NCBI GenBank assembly: GCA_046484585.1 | Contig: JAWOIQ010000093.1 | Location: 909 to 64,908, forward strand | Direction of reading: 5' to 3' | DNA from: Desulfurivibrionaceae bacterium | GTDB taxonomy: Bacteria; Desulfobacterota; Desulfobulbia; Desulfobulbales; JAGXFP01 | DNA: 64,000 bases | Part shown: positions 1-9,588 of the stretch, piece by piece | How the letters are laid out: every line of letters starts with the position of its first letter | Position numbering within the stretch: position 1 is the stretch's first letter | Made by a program: the position numbers and the translations under genes | The notes under the pieces: model-generated | The model's input: only the letters and a program-made list of their open reading frames with translations | The model's database searches: none | What the model was told of the DNA's origin: nothing

Positions 1-64
1 TTCTGCCGGAGTAAAGGTCACCCTTTTCATAAAAGGTGAAGAGCGCCGGCTAAAGGTGGATATT

Positions 65-670
65 ATGAGAGTGGCGATTACCGGAGGAAGTCACGGCATC
101 GGCAAGGCAACCGCCATCGCCTTTGGCAAGAATGGTGACGAGGTCTGCATAACCTACAGAAGCGATAAGAAATCCGCCCTTGAGGTAGCCGAAAAAATCG
201 GGGCGAAAGTTGTCAGACTCGATGTGACCGACAATTCTTCCATTGAAGAGTTCAAGACGGTACTTGCGGAATGGAAAGCCGAGGTGATTGTAAACAATGC
301 AGGAGTAGTCCGCTGGAAGGTTTTCAGTGAGCACAGCTTTGCCGATATTGAAGACATCCTGCGGACAAATACCGAAGGCGCCATAAAAATTGCCAAGGTA
401 GGAGTTGACCTGGAAATCCCCAGAGTGATCAATATCGTCAGCGGTTCCGCTAAAAATCCTTCCGAAAAGCTTCCGGTTTATTGCGCGAGCAAGGCGGCTA
501 TGCGGATGTTCACCATGGCCGTGGGCAAACCGATGATCTGCGTAAATCCGGGAATGACCAAAACCAGAATGACCGATTATGAAGGCGACGAACCAGAAGA
601 CGTCGCCGCGGTAATCCTGGAGGTGGCCCATGGCAGGAAGGGTCAGTTCGGCGGTGAGGTGGATATGTAA
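65..670 (+). CDS. short-chain dehydrogenase/reductase (SDR) family oxidoreductase
   Basis: ORF 56..670 has the TGGSHGIG Rossmann motif, NNAG and catalytic YCASK. A GGTGGA RBS-like sequence lies 4 nt before ATG 65; GTG 56 is an alternative start. Confidence 0.8.
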   Translation: MRVAITGGSHGIGKATAIAFGKNGDEVCITYRSDKKSALEVAEKIGAKVVRLDVTDNSSIEEFKTVLAEWKAEVIVNNAGVVRWKVFSEHSFADIEDILRTNTEGAIKIAKVGVDLEIPRVINIVSGSAKNPSEKLPVYCASKAAMRMFTMAVGKPMICVNPGMTKTRMTDYEGDEPEDVAAVILEVAHGRKGQFGGEVDM

Positions 671-920
671 ATCAGCAGGCAAATCAACACCTCGACCAGC
701 TGATTGGAATAGAAAAATAAAAACGCTAAACTTGCAGCCGCATTGATCCGACCGGCGGCATTCCTCGGCCTTTTCTCCCTCAAGGTATCTTCTAGCTTCC
801 TGAACTAAAGACACACTCCGACGTCATTAAGCCCTCTCGTTTTGTAGTCAACCGCAACGAATTTTTTCCGGTCCGCCGCTGATTCCCCTGAAAAGATTAC
901 GAAATTATTTACCCGATCCC

Positions 921-949
921 TTGCAACTTAACGGCTCAGTATTTATAAA
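921..949 (+). promoter_or_regulatory. candidate sigma-70-type promoter upstream of the MoxR operon
   Basis: TTGCAA (921-926), a 17 nt spacer, then TATAAA (944-949), about 65 nt upstream of ATG 1016. Pattern match only. Confidence 0.3.
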
Positions 950-1015
950 TCTGGTTAGTTTTTTTTAACTAAACGGCAGATGACAAACTAAAACCGGGAT
1001 TATTTATACGATAAT

Positions 1016-1975
1016 ATGGAAAATCAGAGCGTATTTAAAGAATTGCAGGGCTGGCTGGAAGGGCAGATCATCGGCCAGCACAAACTGGTGGAGCGCCTGC
1101 TTATCGCGATGCTCGCCGATGGACATCTTCTGGTGGAGGGGGCGCCGGGCCTGGCCAAGACCAAGGCGATAAAATGCCTCTCCGAGGGCATCCAGGGCGA
1201 TTTCCACCGGATCCAGTTCACTCCCGACCTGCTGCCGGGCGATGTCACCGGCACCGAGATTTACCATCCCGAGGACGGCAGTTTCAGGTTTCAACACGGT
1301 CCGGTCTTTCATAACCTTCTCCTGGCCGATGAGATCAACCGGGCTCCGGCCAAGGTCCAATCCGCCCTCCTTGAGGCGATGGCGGAGCGGCAGGTCAGTA
1401 TCGGCCGCCAGTCATACAAGCTGCCGGAGATGTTCCTGGTCATGGCGACCCAGAACCCCATTGAGCAGGAGGGCACTTATCCCTTGCCCGAAGCGCAGCT
1501 TGACCGATTCCTGATGCACGTCTCGGTCGGCTATCCTAATCTGGAAGCCGAGCGGGAGATCCTGGCCCTGGCCCGGCGGGAGGCGAAAAACGAGGCGGCG
1601 CCGCCCTCGAAGGTAATCAGTCTGGAAACGATAATGGCCGCGCGCCGGGAGGTTATGCAGATCCATATGTCTCCCGGGGTTGACGAGTATATCGTCCAGC
1701 TGGTCATGGCCTCAAGGTCGCCGAGGCAATACTCCCGGGAAATGGCGGACTGGATCGAGTACGGCGGCAGCCCCCGGGCCACCATCGCCCTGGACCGTTG
1801 CGCCCGGTCGCTGGCCTGGCTCCAGGGGCGTGACTTCGTCAGTCCCGACGACGTCCAGGATGTGGTCCACGACGTCCTGCGCCACCGGTTGATCTTAAGT
1901 TTCGAGGCAGAAGCCAACGGCATTACCAAAGATCAGGTTATCGATTCCCTGCTGCGGCATGTTCCCGTTGTCTGA
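1016..1975 (+). CDS. moxR: MoxR-family AAA+ ATPase
   Basis: 319 aa with Walker A GAPGLAKT and Walker B LLADEINRA. First gene of a MoxR-DUF58-vWA operon. Confidence 0.9.
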   Translation: MENQSVFKELQGWLEGQIIGQHKLVERLLIAMLADGHLLVEGAPGLAKTKAIKCLSEGIQGDFHRIQFTPDLLPGDVTGTEIYHPEDGSFRFQHGPVFHNLLLADEINRAPAKVQSALLEAMAERQVSIGRQSYKLPEMFLVMATQNPIEQEGTYPLPEAQLDRFLMHVSVGYPNLEAEREILALARREAKNEAAPPSKVISLETIMAARREVMQIHMSPGVDEYIVQLVMASRSPRQYSREMADWIEYGGSPRATIALDRCARSLAWLQGRDFVSPDDVQDVVHDVLRHRLILSFEAEANGITKDQVIDSLLRHVPVV

Positions 1976-1978
1976 CCG

Positions 1979-2911
1979 ATGAAACCTCTGGTAAACGGCG
2001 CACCTCAAGGCGCTTATTGCGAACTAAACGAATTGATCAGGCTGAGATTTCCGGCCCGCGAACTGAAGCTCGGCAAGCAGCGTAAGGTCTTCAGCCAGAT
2101 GGTCGGCCCCCACCAGGCCCGGTTCAGGGGGCGGGGGATCGAATTCGAGGAGGTGCGGATCTACCAGCCCGGCGACGATATTCGCAATATCGACTGGAGG
2201 GTGACGGCCCGGTCCGGCAAGCCGCATACCAAAATGTTCCGCGAGGAGCGGGAGCGGCCGGTGCTGCTGCTGATCGACCAGAGCCTGTCGATGTTCTTCG
2301 GCAGCAGGAACTGTTTCAAATCGGTGCTGGCGGCCCATGCCGGGGCGCTTCTGGCCTGGGCCGCCCTGCAGAACACCGACCGGGTCGGCGGTCTGGTCTT
2401 CAACGGCCTGGAGCACAGCGAAGTCCGCTCGAAACGCAGCTCCGGCACGGTCTTGCACCTCCTCAAGCAGATCAATGACTTCAACCATCGGCTGAACCGG
2501 GATTTCGCCCCGGTCGATTCGGCCGTCAACCAGGCCTTGGAGGAGTTGCGGCGCATAACCCGGCCCGGCGCCAATATCTTTATTCTCAGCGATTTCCGGG
2601 GATTGAGCGAGAAGGGCATCAAACATCTTTATCTTCTCGGCAAACATAACGATATCACGGCAGTGAGGGTTTTCGATCCGCTTGAACAGCATCTTCCCCC
2701 GGAAGGTCATTACGCCATCACCGACGGGGAAAACCGTTTGTCGCTCTACAGCGGCGATCCGGAGCTGCGCCATCGCTACCGGGAAAGGTTCCGGCAGGAA
2801 AGCGACAGCCTGCTGAATATGCTCGGACCGATGGGCATTCCCCTCTTGACCATTTCGACGGCCGATTCACCGCTCCGGTATTTCAGGGAACTGCTGGGGG
2901 GCAGAAAATGA
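1979..2911 (+). CDS. DUF58 domain protein (vWA-like MoxR partner)
   Basis: 310 aa with YQPGDDIRNIDWRVTAR, the typical DUF58 motif. Starts 4 nt after the moxR stop. Confidence 0.85.
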   Translation: MKPLVNGAPQGAYCELNELIRLRFPARELKLGKQRKVFSQMVGPHQARFRGRGIEFEEVRIYQPGDDIRNIDWRVTARSGKPHTKMFREERERPVLLLIDQSLSMFFGSRNCFKSVLAAHAGALLAWAALQNTDRVGGLVFNGLEHSEVRSKRSSGTVLHLLKQINDFNHRLNRDFAPVDSAVNQALEELRRITRPGANIFILSDFRGLSEKGIKHLYLLGKHNDITAVRVFDPLEQHLPPEGHYAITDGENRLSLYSGDPELRHRYRERFRQESDSLLNMLGPMGIPLLTISTADSPLRYFRELLGGRK

Positions 2912-3381
2912 ACGGCGATCCTCTGGCCCAATTGCGCGATATCCATCTGCCGGAACCGGTAGGCTGGTGGCCCCCGGCCCCCGGCTGGTGGCTTTTGGGG
3001 ATTATGGTCCTGGTTCTGGCTGCGGTCGCAGCCCGTTATCTGGTTCGATATATTAGTCGGGGCCGCTTTCGGCGCGAGGCCCGGCGTGAATTGAGCAATC
3101 TTGCCGGGAACCTGGCCGGCATGGATGACCGCCAGCTTGTCGAACAGTTGAACACCCTGCTGCGCCGGGTCGCCATCAGGGCCTACGGCAGGGAGACGGT
3201 TTCTCCCCTGGTTGGCGGGAGATGGCTGGAATTCCTCAACCGCAAGGGCGATACCGACCGATTTACGGCCGGGCCGGGCCGGGTGCTTGGCGATGGACAT
3301 TACCGGCCCGAAATCAAGGCCGATGCGGAGCGACTGGTCCCCCTGGTCGAAAAATGGCTGAGGAGACACCACCCATGCTGA
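2908..3381 (+). CDS. DUF4381 family membrane protein
   Basis: 157 aa with LRDIHLPEPVGWWPPAPGWW followed by a TM helix. ATGA overlap with the upstream gene. Confidence 0.7.
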   Translation: MNGDPLAQLRDIHLPEPVGWWPPAPGWWLLGIMVLVLAAVAARYLVRYISRGRFRREARRELSNLAGNLAGMDDRQLVEQLNTLLRRVAIRAYGRETVSPLVGGRWLEFLNRKGDTDRFTAGPGRVLGDGHYRPEIKADAERLVPLVEKWLRRHHPC

Positions 3382-4385
3382 ACTTTATCTGGCCATGGGC
3401 CTTCTGGCTATTGCCATTGCCGATACTTGCCTACCTGCTCCTGCCGAAAAGCGGCAGGCGTGAAGCGGCCCTGTTCGTGCCTTTTTACCGGGACGTGCTC
3501 TCCTTTCAGCGACAGAGCGGCCGTCCGGGCGGCGGAAGGAAGATCGGCAGAGGGCTTCTGCTTTTATTGATCTGGAGCCTGTTAATAACGGCGACCGCGC
3601 GGCCCCAGTGGCTAGGTGAACCGGTACCGCTGCCGACCATGGGTCGGGACCTGATGCTGGCCGTCGATATCTCAGGCAGCATGACCCAAGAGGATATGAT
3701 CCTGAACGGCCGGCAGGTGCCCCGCCTCGCCCTGGTCAAGAAGGTGGTCAACGATTTTATTCAACGGCGGGTGGGCGACCGGGTCGGTCTGCTGCTGTTC
3801 GGCACCGAGGCCTATATCCAGGCGCCGCTGACCTTCGACCGAAAGACGGTAGGGATCCTGCTCGACGAGGCCCTGATCGGTTTTGCCGGCAAAAAGACCT
3901 CGATCGGCAATGCCATCGGTCTGGCGGTGAAACGACTCAAGGAAAGGCCTGTCGACAATCGGATTCTGATCCTCCTGACCGACGGCAGCAATACCGCCGG
4001 TTCCGTCGATCCGCTGACCGCCGCCGAATTGGCGGCCGAGACCGGGGTGCGCATCCATACCATCGGGGTCGGAGCGGAAGAAATGGTGGTTCGCGGTTTT
4101 TTCGGCAGTCAGAGGGTCAATCCTTCCGCCGATCTGGACGAAGAGACTTTACAGAAAATAGCTGATAAAACCGGGGGCAGATATTTCCGGGCCCGTAATC
4201 CCGAGGATCTGGAAAAGATCTACCAGATCATCGACCAGCTGGAACCGATCGAACAGGAAAGCGAGATTTTCCGGCCGGTTAAATCCCTTTTTTATCTGCC
4301 CCTGGCCGCGGCCCTGATTTTGAGTTTCCTGTGGGGAACCGCGATGTTTTTGCAATTTATCCTGAAAAGTGAGGGGAGGGAGTAG
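3375..4385 (+). CDS. batA: vWA domain membrane protein, BatA-like
   Basis: Track ORF is 3222..4385, but the plausible start is ATG 3375 (MLNFIWPWAFW..., N-terminal TM), overlapping the upstream stop. vWA MIDAS motif DISGSM and C-terminal TM. Confidence 0.8.
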   Translation: MLNFIWPWAFWLLPLPILAYLLLPKSGRREAALFVPFYRDVLSFQRQSGRPGGGRKIGRGLLLLLIWSLLITATARPQWLGEPVPLPTMGRDLMLAVDISGSMTQEDMILNGRQVPRLALVKKVVNDFIQRRVGDRVGLLLFGTEAYIQAPLTFDRKTVGILLDEALIGFAGKKTSIGNAIGLAVKRLKERPVDNRILILLTDGSNTAGSVDPLTAAELAAETGVRIHTIGVGAEEMVVRGFFGSQRVNPSADLDEETLQKIADKTGGRYFRARNPEDLEKIYQIIDQLEPIEQESEIFRPVKSLFYLPLAAALILSFLWGTAMFLQFILKSEGRE

Positions 4386-6308
4386 ATGGCTTTTATTCCG
4401 GCTGACTTCCATTTCCTGCGCCCCCTATGGCTGCTCGCCTTTATTCCGGCGGTTATGCTCTATTGGTGGCTGCGCCGCCGGCAGGCGAACGGCAGCGGTT
4501 GGATCAGGGCCGTCGACCGCTCTTTATTGCCTTATCTGCTCGACGGCAAGGCCGGCAAACAACAGGGCTGGGCCTTGGCTTTCCTCCTGGTCGGCTGGCT
4601 GCTGGCGACCCTGGCCCTGGCAGGACCGGCCTGGGAGAAGCTGCCCCAACCGGTCCGCAAAAAAACCGAGGCCCTGGTGATCATCCAGGACCTCTCCCTT
4701 TCGATGTTCGCCACCGATCTCAGTCCGGACCGGCTGACCCGGGCCAGACACAAATTGCTCGATCTCCTGGCTGAACGCCGGGAGGGGACCACTGCCTTGA
4801 TCGTATATTCCGGCGATGCCCACGTTGTTGTCCCCCTGACCGACGATACACGAACAATCTCCGGGATGGTTCCGGACCTGTCGCCGGCGATCATGCCGGT
4901 TTACGGCAGCAACCTCCCCGAGGCGGTATCACTGGCCCTGCAACTTTTAGAGGATGGAGCCGCCGGTCGGGGCAAGCTACTGCTGATCACCGATGAAGTT
5001 GAAAGTGATACATTGGGCAGGGTCAAAGATCTCCTGGCAGGCAGGGACTTAGTGTTGTCCGTTCTCGGAGTCGGTACCGGAGATGGCGGACCGATCCCGA
5101 AAGGCGACGGCGGTTTTTTAACCGACGAGCATGGAGAAATAATTATCCCCAGGCTGAACCGTGAAAATCTGATGAGTCTTGCCGCGATGAACGGCGGTCG
5201 ATATAGCGATATCCGTCTGGATGACACCGATATCGATTATCTGTTGGCGGCGCAGCCTCTGGAAGTTCGGGACGACCAATACCGGCAGGTCGATCGGGAG
5301 TTCGATCAATGGCGGGAGCAGGGCTATTGGCTGGTCCTGGCCACCCTGCCTTTGGCATTGCTCGCCTTCCGGCGGGGCTGGCTGCTGGGTTTGATCATCC
5401 TTCTCCTCTTGCCGGCCGCCGAATCCCGGGCCATGGGCTGGCAGGACCTGTGGCTTAGCAAAGATCAGCAGGGCATGCGGGCCCTTGAAAAGAACGATCC
5501 CCAGGAAGCGGCCAGGCTCTTTGAAGAACCGCTTTGGCAGGGTGTTGCGAGCTATCGGGCCGGTAATTACCAAGAGGCCGCCGGAAGTTTCGAGGAACCG
5601 GACAGCGCCGAGAATAATTACAATCGGGGCAACGCCCTGGCCAGGCAGGGCCGCCTGCAGGAAGCCGTCGAAGCCTACGATAAGGCATTGCAGCAAAACC
5701 CCAAACTTGAAGACGCCCGCCATAACAGGGATTTGCTCGAAAAACTGATGGAGCAGCAAAAACAGCAGGGCGGGCAGGGAAAGGATCAGGACTCTTCCAA
5801 AAACCAACCGGGAGATAAAGGCGATCAGGACCGGCAGGACGCCGGCCAGAAAGACCAACAGGATCAGGGCCGGGACGGGCAAGGTCAAAACCGGCAGCAA
5901 TCCCGGGACCAGACCGGTGATAAACAGGAAGGCAAGGATTCCTTGAACAAAGAGCAGCCGGAGCAACAAGGGCGGCAACAGGAACAACAGCAGGCCAACC
6001 GGCAGGAGGATAAACAAAAAGAAGACGCTTCCTCCGCGGACAAGCAGGCGGACCGCAAGGATAATCCTGAAGAGCAGGAGAAAAAGGCGGGCGGGAAGGC
6101 GGTTGGCAAGGCGGGTGAAGAGGAAAAGGCCGACAACCCGGAGAGCCTTACGGCCGAGGACCGGCAGAACGCTGAAAAACAGCAGGCCCTTGAGCAGTGG
6201 CTGCGGCGAATCCCGGATAATCCCGGCGGGCTCTTAAAACGCAAGTTCGAGTATCAGTCTCAGCAGAACCGTAACCGTAATCCCTCAAACAATCGGAAAA
6301 TATGGTAG
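4386..6308 (+). CDS. batB: vWA + TPR protein (BatB/BatC-like) with Q/D/K/E-rich low-complexity tail
   Basis: 640 aa with N-terminal TMs, a vWA domain (DLSLSM), TPR-like repeats (NYNRGNALARQGRLQEAVEAYDKALQQNP), then a ~170 aa charged low-complexity region. Confidence 0.75.
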   Translation: MAFIPADFHFLRPLWLLAFIPAVMLYWWLRRRQANGSGWIRAVDRSLLPYLLDGKAGKQQGWALAFLLVGWLLATLALAGPAWEKLPQPVRKKTEALVIIQDLSLSMFATDLSPDRLTRARHKLLDLLAERREGTTALIVYSGDAHVVVPLTDDTRTISGMVPDLSPAIMPVYGSNLPEAVSLALQLLEDGAAGRGKLLLITDEVESDTLGRVKDLLAGRDLVLSVLGVGTGDGGPIPKGDGGFLTDEHGEIIIPRLNRENLMSLAAMNGGRYSDIRLDDTDIDYLLAAQPLEVRDDQYRQVDREFDQWREQGYWLVLATLPLALLAFRRGWLLGLIILLLLPAAESRAMGWQDLWLSKDQQGMRALEKNDPQEAARLFEEPLWQGVASYRAGNYQEAAGSFEEPDSAENNYNRGNALARQGRLQEAVEAYDKALQQNPKLEDARHNRDLLEKLMEQQKQQGGQGKDQDSSKNQPGDKGDQDRQDAGQKDQQDQGRDGQGQNRQQSRDQTGDKQEGKDSLNKEQPEQQGRQQEQQQANRQEDKQKEDASSADKQADRKDNPEEQEKKAGGKAVGKAGEEEKADNPESLTAEDRQNAEKQQALEQWLRRIPDNPGGLLKRKFEYQSQQNRNRNPSNNRKIW

Positions 6309-6315
6309 GCGACGG

Positions 6316-8040
6316 ATGAGAAGAATTTATCTGACTTTATTGATGTGTCTTGCAGCCATGGTTTTCACGGATACCGCCCCGGCCGCAATTTCGGTGACCA
6401 TCGACCGGAACCAGATCGCTCTTGACGAGACCTTGAACCTGTCCCTCGTCAAAGATGACGGCGCCTCATTCTCGTCACCGGATCTGACCCCGCTGGAAAA
6501 GGATTTCCGGATTATCGGCCACAGCCGGAGCAGCAATACCCGGATCATCAACGGCTCGGTATCGTCTTCAATCACCCTTGATCTGAGTCTCGCCCCCAAG
6601 CGGTCGGGAATCCTTGAAATACCGCCGTTATCGATCGGCAATGAGATGACCGAGGCTTTGCAGGTCAAGGTGGTTACCCAGGCCCAGCCGAAGACCAGGG
6701 CTGACAATGCGCCGCTGTTTATCGAAACCGAACTCGACAAAGATACGGTGCCGGTCCAGGCCCAGGTGATTTTAACCCTGCGGATCTACTGGGCGGTTGA
6801 AGCGAACATAAACGAGCCCGCCGATCCGCAGCTTAATGACGCTTTACTGCAACGGCTCGATGACGCCACCTATAACAAGACGGTTAACGGAAGGAATTAC
6901 AAGGTATTCGAGCGGGAATATGCGATCTTTCCCCAGAAGAGCGGGGAGCTTCTAATCCCACAGCTTATCGTCCAGGCAACCGTCCCGGACCGGCAAAGGC
7001 GTGGCAACCTGTACGACTTTTTCGGGGCCGGGGGCCGGGAAGTGAAGCTGCGCAGCGGGACGAAAAAGGTCACGGTCCTCGAAAAACCGCCGGAATATCC
7101 GGCCGGGGAGGTATGGCTGCCGACCGACAAACTGACGATTGCCGAGGAGTGGAGCGCCGAGCCGGATCAATTGCAGGTCGGTGAATCGGTAACCGTAACC
7201 ATTGCCCTGGCCGGCCATGGTCTGCTGGCTGCCCAGTTGCCGCCGATCGAACTGCCCGAGACCGCCGGCCTCAAACTTTATCAAGGCAAGGCCGAAGTGC
7301 AGGATCTCACCAAGTCAGACGGAGTCACCGGGATCAGGAAAGAGAGCATCGCTCTCATCCCGGTTGAAGCCGGTCGCAAGGAATTGCCGGAAATCAGGAT
7401 TCCCTGGTGGAATCTGCAAGAGGGCAGGGTGGATTACGTAGTTATCCCGGCCCGGCAATTGACGATCAAAGCCGCTGCAACCGGCAGCGGCCAGGCAGGC
7501 CAGGCCGCCCCGCCGACGCTGAATCAGCCGAAACCGGGTGGGGCCTTGCCTGCGCAGGATATTACCATGCAGGAGTCGCGCTTCAATCGACCGCTGCTCT
7601 TTATCGCCGCCTTCCTGGCCCTGGCCTGGCTGGTAACCTTATCCTTTTTAATCAAGAGCAGGCGGCGCATGGCAGGACTGGCCAATGGAGGTGTAACGGA
7701 GAGCGGTGAGCAGGATAATCTCAGGGAAAAAGAGGCATTCCGGAAATTACGTCTTGCCTGCCGGGCCAACGATCCGATCAGGGCGAGAAAGGCCCTGATC
7801 GACTGGGCAAGAGCCACGCCGAACGGGCACGGGGTGCGATCCGTTTCCGACCTGCGGAAAATCTATCCCGGTTCCGGTCTCGCCGTTATCATCGAAGAAT
7901 TGGACCGAATTCTCTATGGCCGGGAAGATCAACCGACCGAATGGCGCGGTAAAAAACTGCTTGAAGAGCTGGAGGCAATCAGAAAAACCGGAGCGGCAAA
8001 GCCCCGGCACAAATCGTCATTGCCGCAACTTTATAAGTGA
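6316..8040 (+). CDS. batD: BatD-like oxygen-tolerance family protein
   Basis: 574 aa with a signal peptide, a long periplasmic region, one TM near residue 430 and a cytoplasmic tail. Last gene of the Bat-type operon. Confidence 0.65.
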   Translation: MRRIYLTLLMCLAAMVFTDTAPAAISVTIDRNQIALDETLNLSLVKDDGASFSSPDLTPLEKDFRIIGHSRSSNTRIINGSVSSSITLDLSLAPKRSGILEIPPLSIGNEMTEALQVKVVTQAQPKTRADNAPLFIETELDKDTVPVQAQVILTLRIYWAVEANINEPADPQLNDALLQRLDDATYNKTVNGRNYKVFEREYAIFPQKSGELLIPQLIVQATVPDRQRRGNLYDFFGAGGREVKLRSGTKKVTVLEKPPEYPAGEVWLPTDKLTIAEEWSAEPDQLQVGESVTVTIALAGHGLLAAQLPPIELPETAGLKLYQGKAEVQDLTKSDGVTGIRKESIALIPVEAGRKELPEIRIPWWNLQEGRVDYVVIPARQLTIKAAATGSGQAGQAAPPTLNQPKPGGALPAQDITMQESRFNRPLLFIAAFLALAWLVTLSFLIKSRRRMAGLANGGVTESGEQDNLREKEAFRKLRLACRANDPIRARKALIDWARATPNGHGVRSVSDLRKIYPGSGLAVIIEELDRILYGREDQPTEWRGKKLLEELEAIRKTGAAKPRHKSSLPQLYK

Positions 8041-8532
8041 GATCGTCCAAGACCATTTTTTGTCGCTGTTGATTTTTTCGGCCAAAGCTCCGGACAGGTC
8101 AAATGTGCAGGACGATTATTTCGCCCGGCTGGTTTAGTGCCGGAAGCCCTCGCCCTAATTACACGTAATCCCCCGAAGCATAGTAAGTATTCCGAGCCAC
8201 CGGACTCCTCCCAATATCTTTCCATCACTAATTAGATAAACCGCCAAGATAATCTTAGATATAGCTTGAAATTCGGTTTTGTTTTCAGTAAATTGCAAAA
8301 TCCCGAACAATGATGAATGACAATTCACCAACATTGATACGTGCTATGTTATTAATTAAAGGTATAAAATCGTCTCTTGGCCAAGGTTGTAAAAACGGTG
8401 CGCTTTCACTTTCAGCCATCGATTGTACAACCACACCCAATCCATTTACTGCCCGGCCGGGACATATGCCTCTTAAACAGTTAACCCATTTACTTTTTAT
8501 AAGAATTTATATGTTTTTTAAGGAGCTTAAAA

Positions 8533-9420
8533 ATGAGTGCCAAAATTATCAGTGGCGTCGAAATCGCCAAGGCCATCCGTAAGGAGTTAAAAGAAGAGGT
8601 AGAAGAACTCAAAGCAAAACATAATGTAGTCCCCGGTCTGGTTACCATTCTGGTCGGAGAAGATCCCGCTTCCGTTTCCTACGTTACGGCAAAAAGCAAG
8701 ACCGCCCACGCTCTGGGAATTTATTCGGAGCAGGTGGATATGCCCGCCGATACCACTGAAAAGGAACTGCTGGATCAGATCGACAAGTTCAATAAAGATA
8801 AAAAGATTCACGGCATCCTCGTTCAGTTGCCCCTGCCCAAGCATATCGACGAAGGCAAGGTCCTCTACGCAATTGATCCTGACAAGGATGTCGATGGATT
8901 CCATCCCGTAAATGTCGGCAAAATGGTCCTCGGCGAGCGTTGCTTTCTGCCCTGTACCCCCCATGGCATTCTTCAGATGTTGCAAAGAAGCGGTGTTGAG
9001 ACCAGCGGCGCCGAAGTCGTCATCCTCGGCCGCAGCAACATCGTCGGCAAGCCCATGGCCAACCTGATGCTGCAGAAACGTGCCGCGGGCAACGCCACAG
9101 TAACTCTCTGCCATACCCGAACCAAAGACACTGATTTCCACACCAAACGCGCCGATATCCTGATCGCCGCCGTCGGCGTCCCCAATCTTGTCAAGGCCGA
9201 TCAAGTTAAAGAAGGCGTTGTCATTATCGATGTCGGCGTCAATCGGGTCGGTATGTCTGAAAATGGTAAGGCCATCCTGGCCGGTGATGTGGATTTCGAA
9301 TCCGTCAAGGAGAAGGCTTCCTTCATCACCCCTGTGCCCGGTGGCGTTGGTCCGATGACCATTACCATGCTGATGAAAAACACCGTTCAGGCAGCAAAAC
9401 AGGCTACGGGTCTGCTATAA
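8533..9420 (+). CDS. folD: bifunctional 5,10-methylene-THF dehydrogenase / methenyl-THF cyclohydrolase
   Basis: 295 aa with the motifs PGLVTILVGEDPASVSYV, HGILVQLPLP and PVPGGVGPMT. AAGGAG RBS upstream. Confidence 0.95.
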   Translation: MSAKIISGVEIAKAIRKELKEEVEELKAKHNVVPGLVTILVGEDPASVSYVTAKSKTAHALGIYSEQVDMPADTTEKELLDQIDKFNKDKKIHGILVQLPLPKHIDEGKVLYAIDPDKDVDGFHPVNVGKMVLGERCFLPCTPHGILQMLQRSGVETSGAEVVILGRSNIVGKPMANLMLQKRAAGNATVTLCHTRTKDTDFHTKRADILIAAVGVPNLVKADQVKEGVVIIDVGVNRVGMSENGKAILAGDVDFESVKEKASFITPVPGGVGPMTITMLMKNTVQAAKQATGLL

Positions 9421-9508
9421 CCAGAACCTGCCGGTTTTCCGTTCGCCAGCCTCCGTTTTTTTTCAGGTCTGTGGCATTTTCTTCGGAAAATCCTTATATT
9501 GATACGTT

Positions 9509-9543
9509 CGGCGGATGTATTTGTGCGTCCGGCGGATGTATTT
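9509..9543. promoter_or_regulatory. tandem direct repeat CGGCGGATGTATTT x2 (21 bp register) upstream of cooS
   Basis: Copies at 9509-9522 and 9530-9543, about 45-80 nt upstream of ATG 9589. Candidate operator. Confidence 0.3.
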
Positions 9544-9588
9544 TCTAGTCATACCATTTAAGAATCGACGAAACAATTGAGGTACACG

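Noticed and set aside
3222-3374. A 51-codon N-terminal extension of the BatA-like ORF as given in the ORF track.
   Set aside because: The extension is Arg/Gly/Pro-rich and overlaps the DUF4381 gene in another frame. ATG 3375 gives the expected N-terminal TM helix and a typical 7 nt overlap with the upstream stop.
8041-8532. Possible ZTP or THF riboswitch upstream of folD; a purine-related leader was likewise considered upstream of purB at 39039-39236.
   Set aside because: I could not find the conserved cores (for example the GGGTCGTGAC…CCGCCTGGGC pseudoknot of ZTP). Only weak local hairpins and a CCATCAAA x2 direct repeat are present.
8310-8582. A 90 aa ORF upstream of and overlapping the folD start.
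   Set aside because: It lies in an AT-rich promoter-like spacer, has no RBS or motif, and overlaps the well-supported folD start and its AAGGAG RBS.
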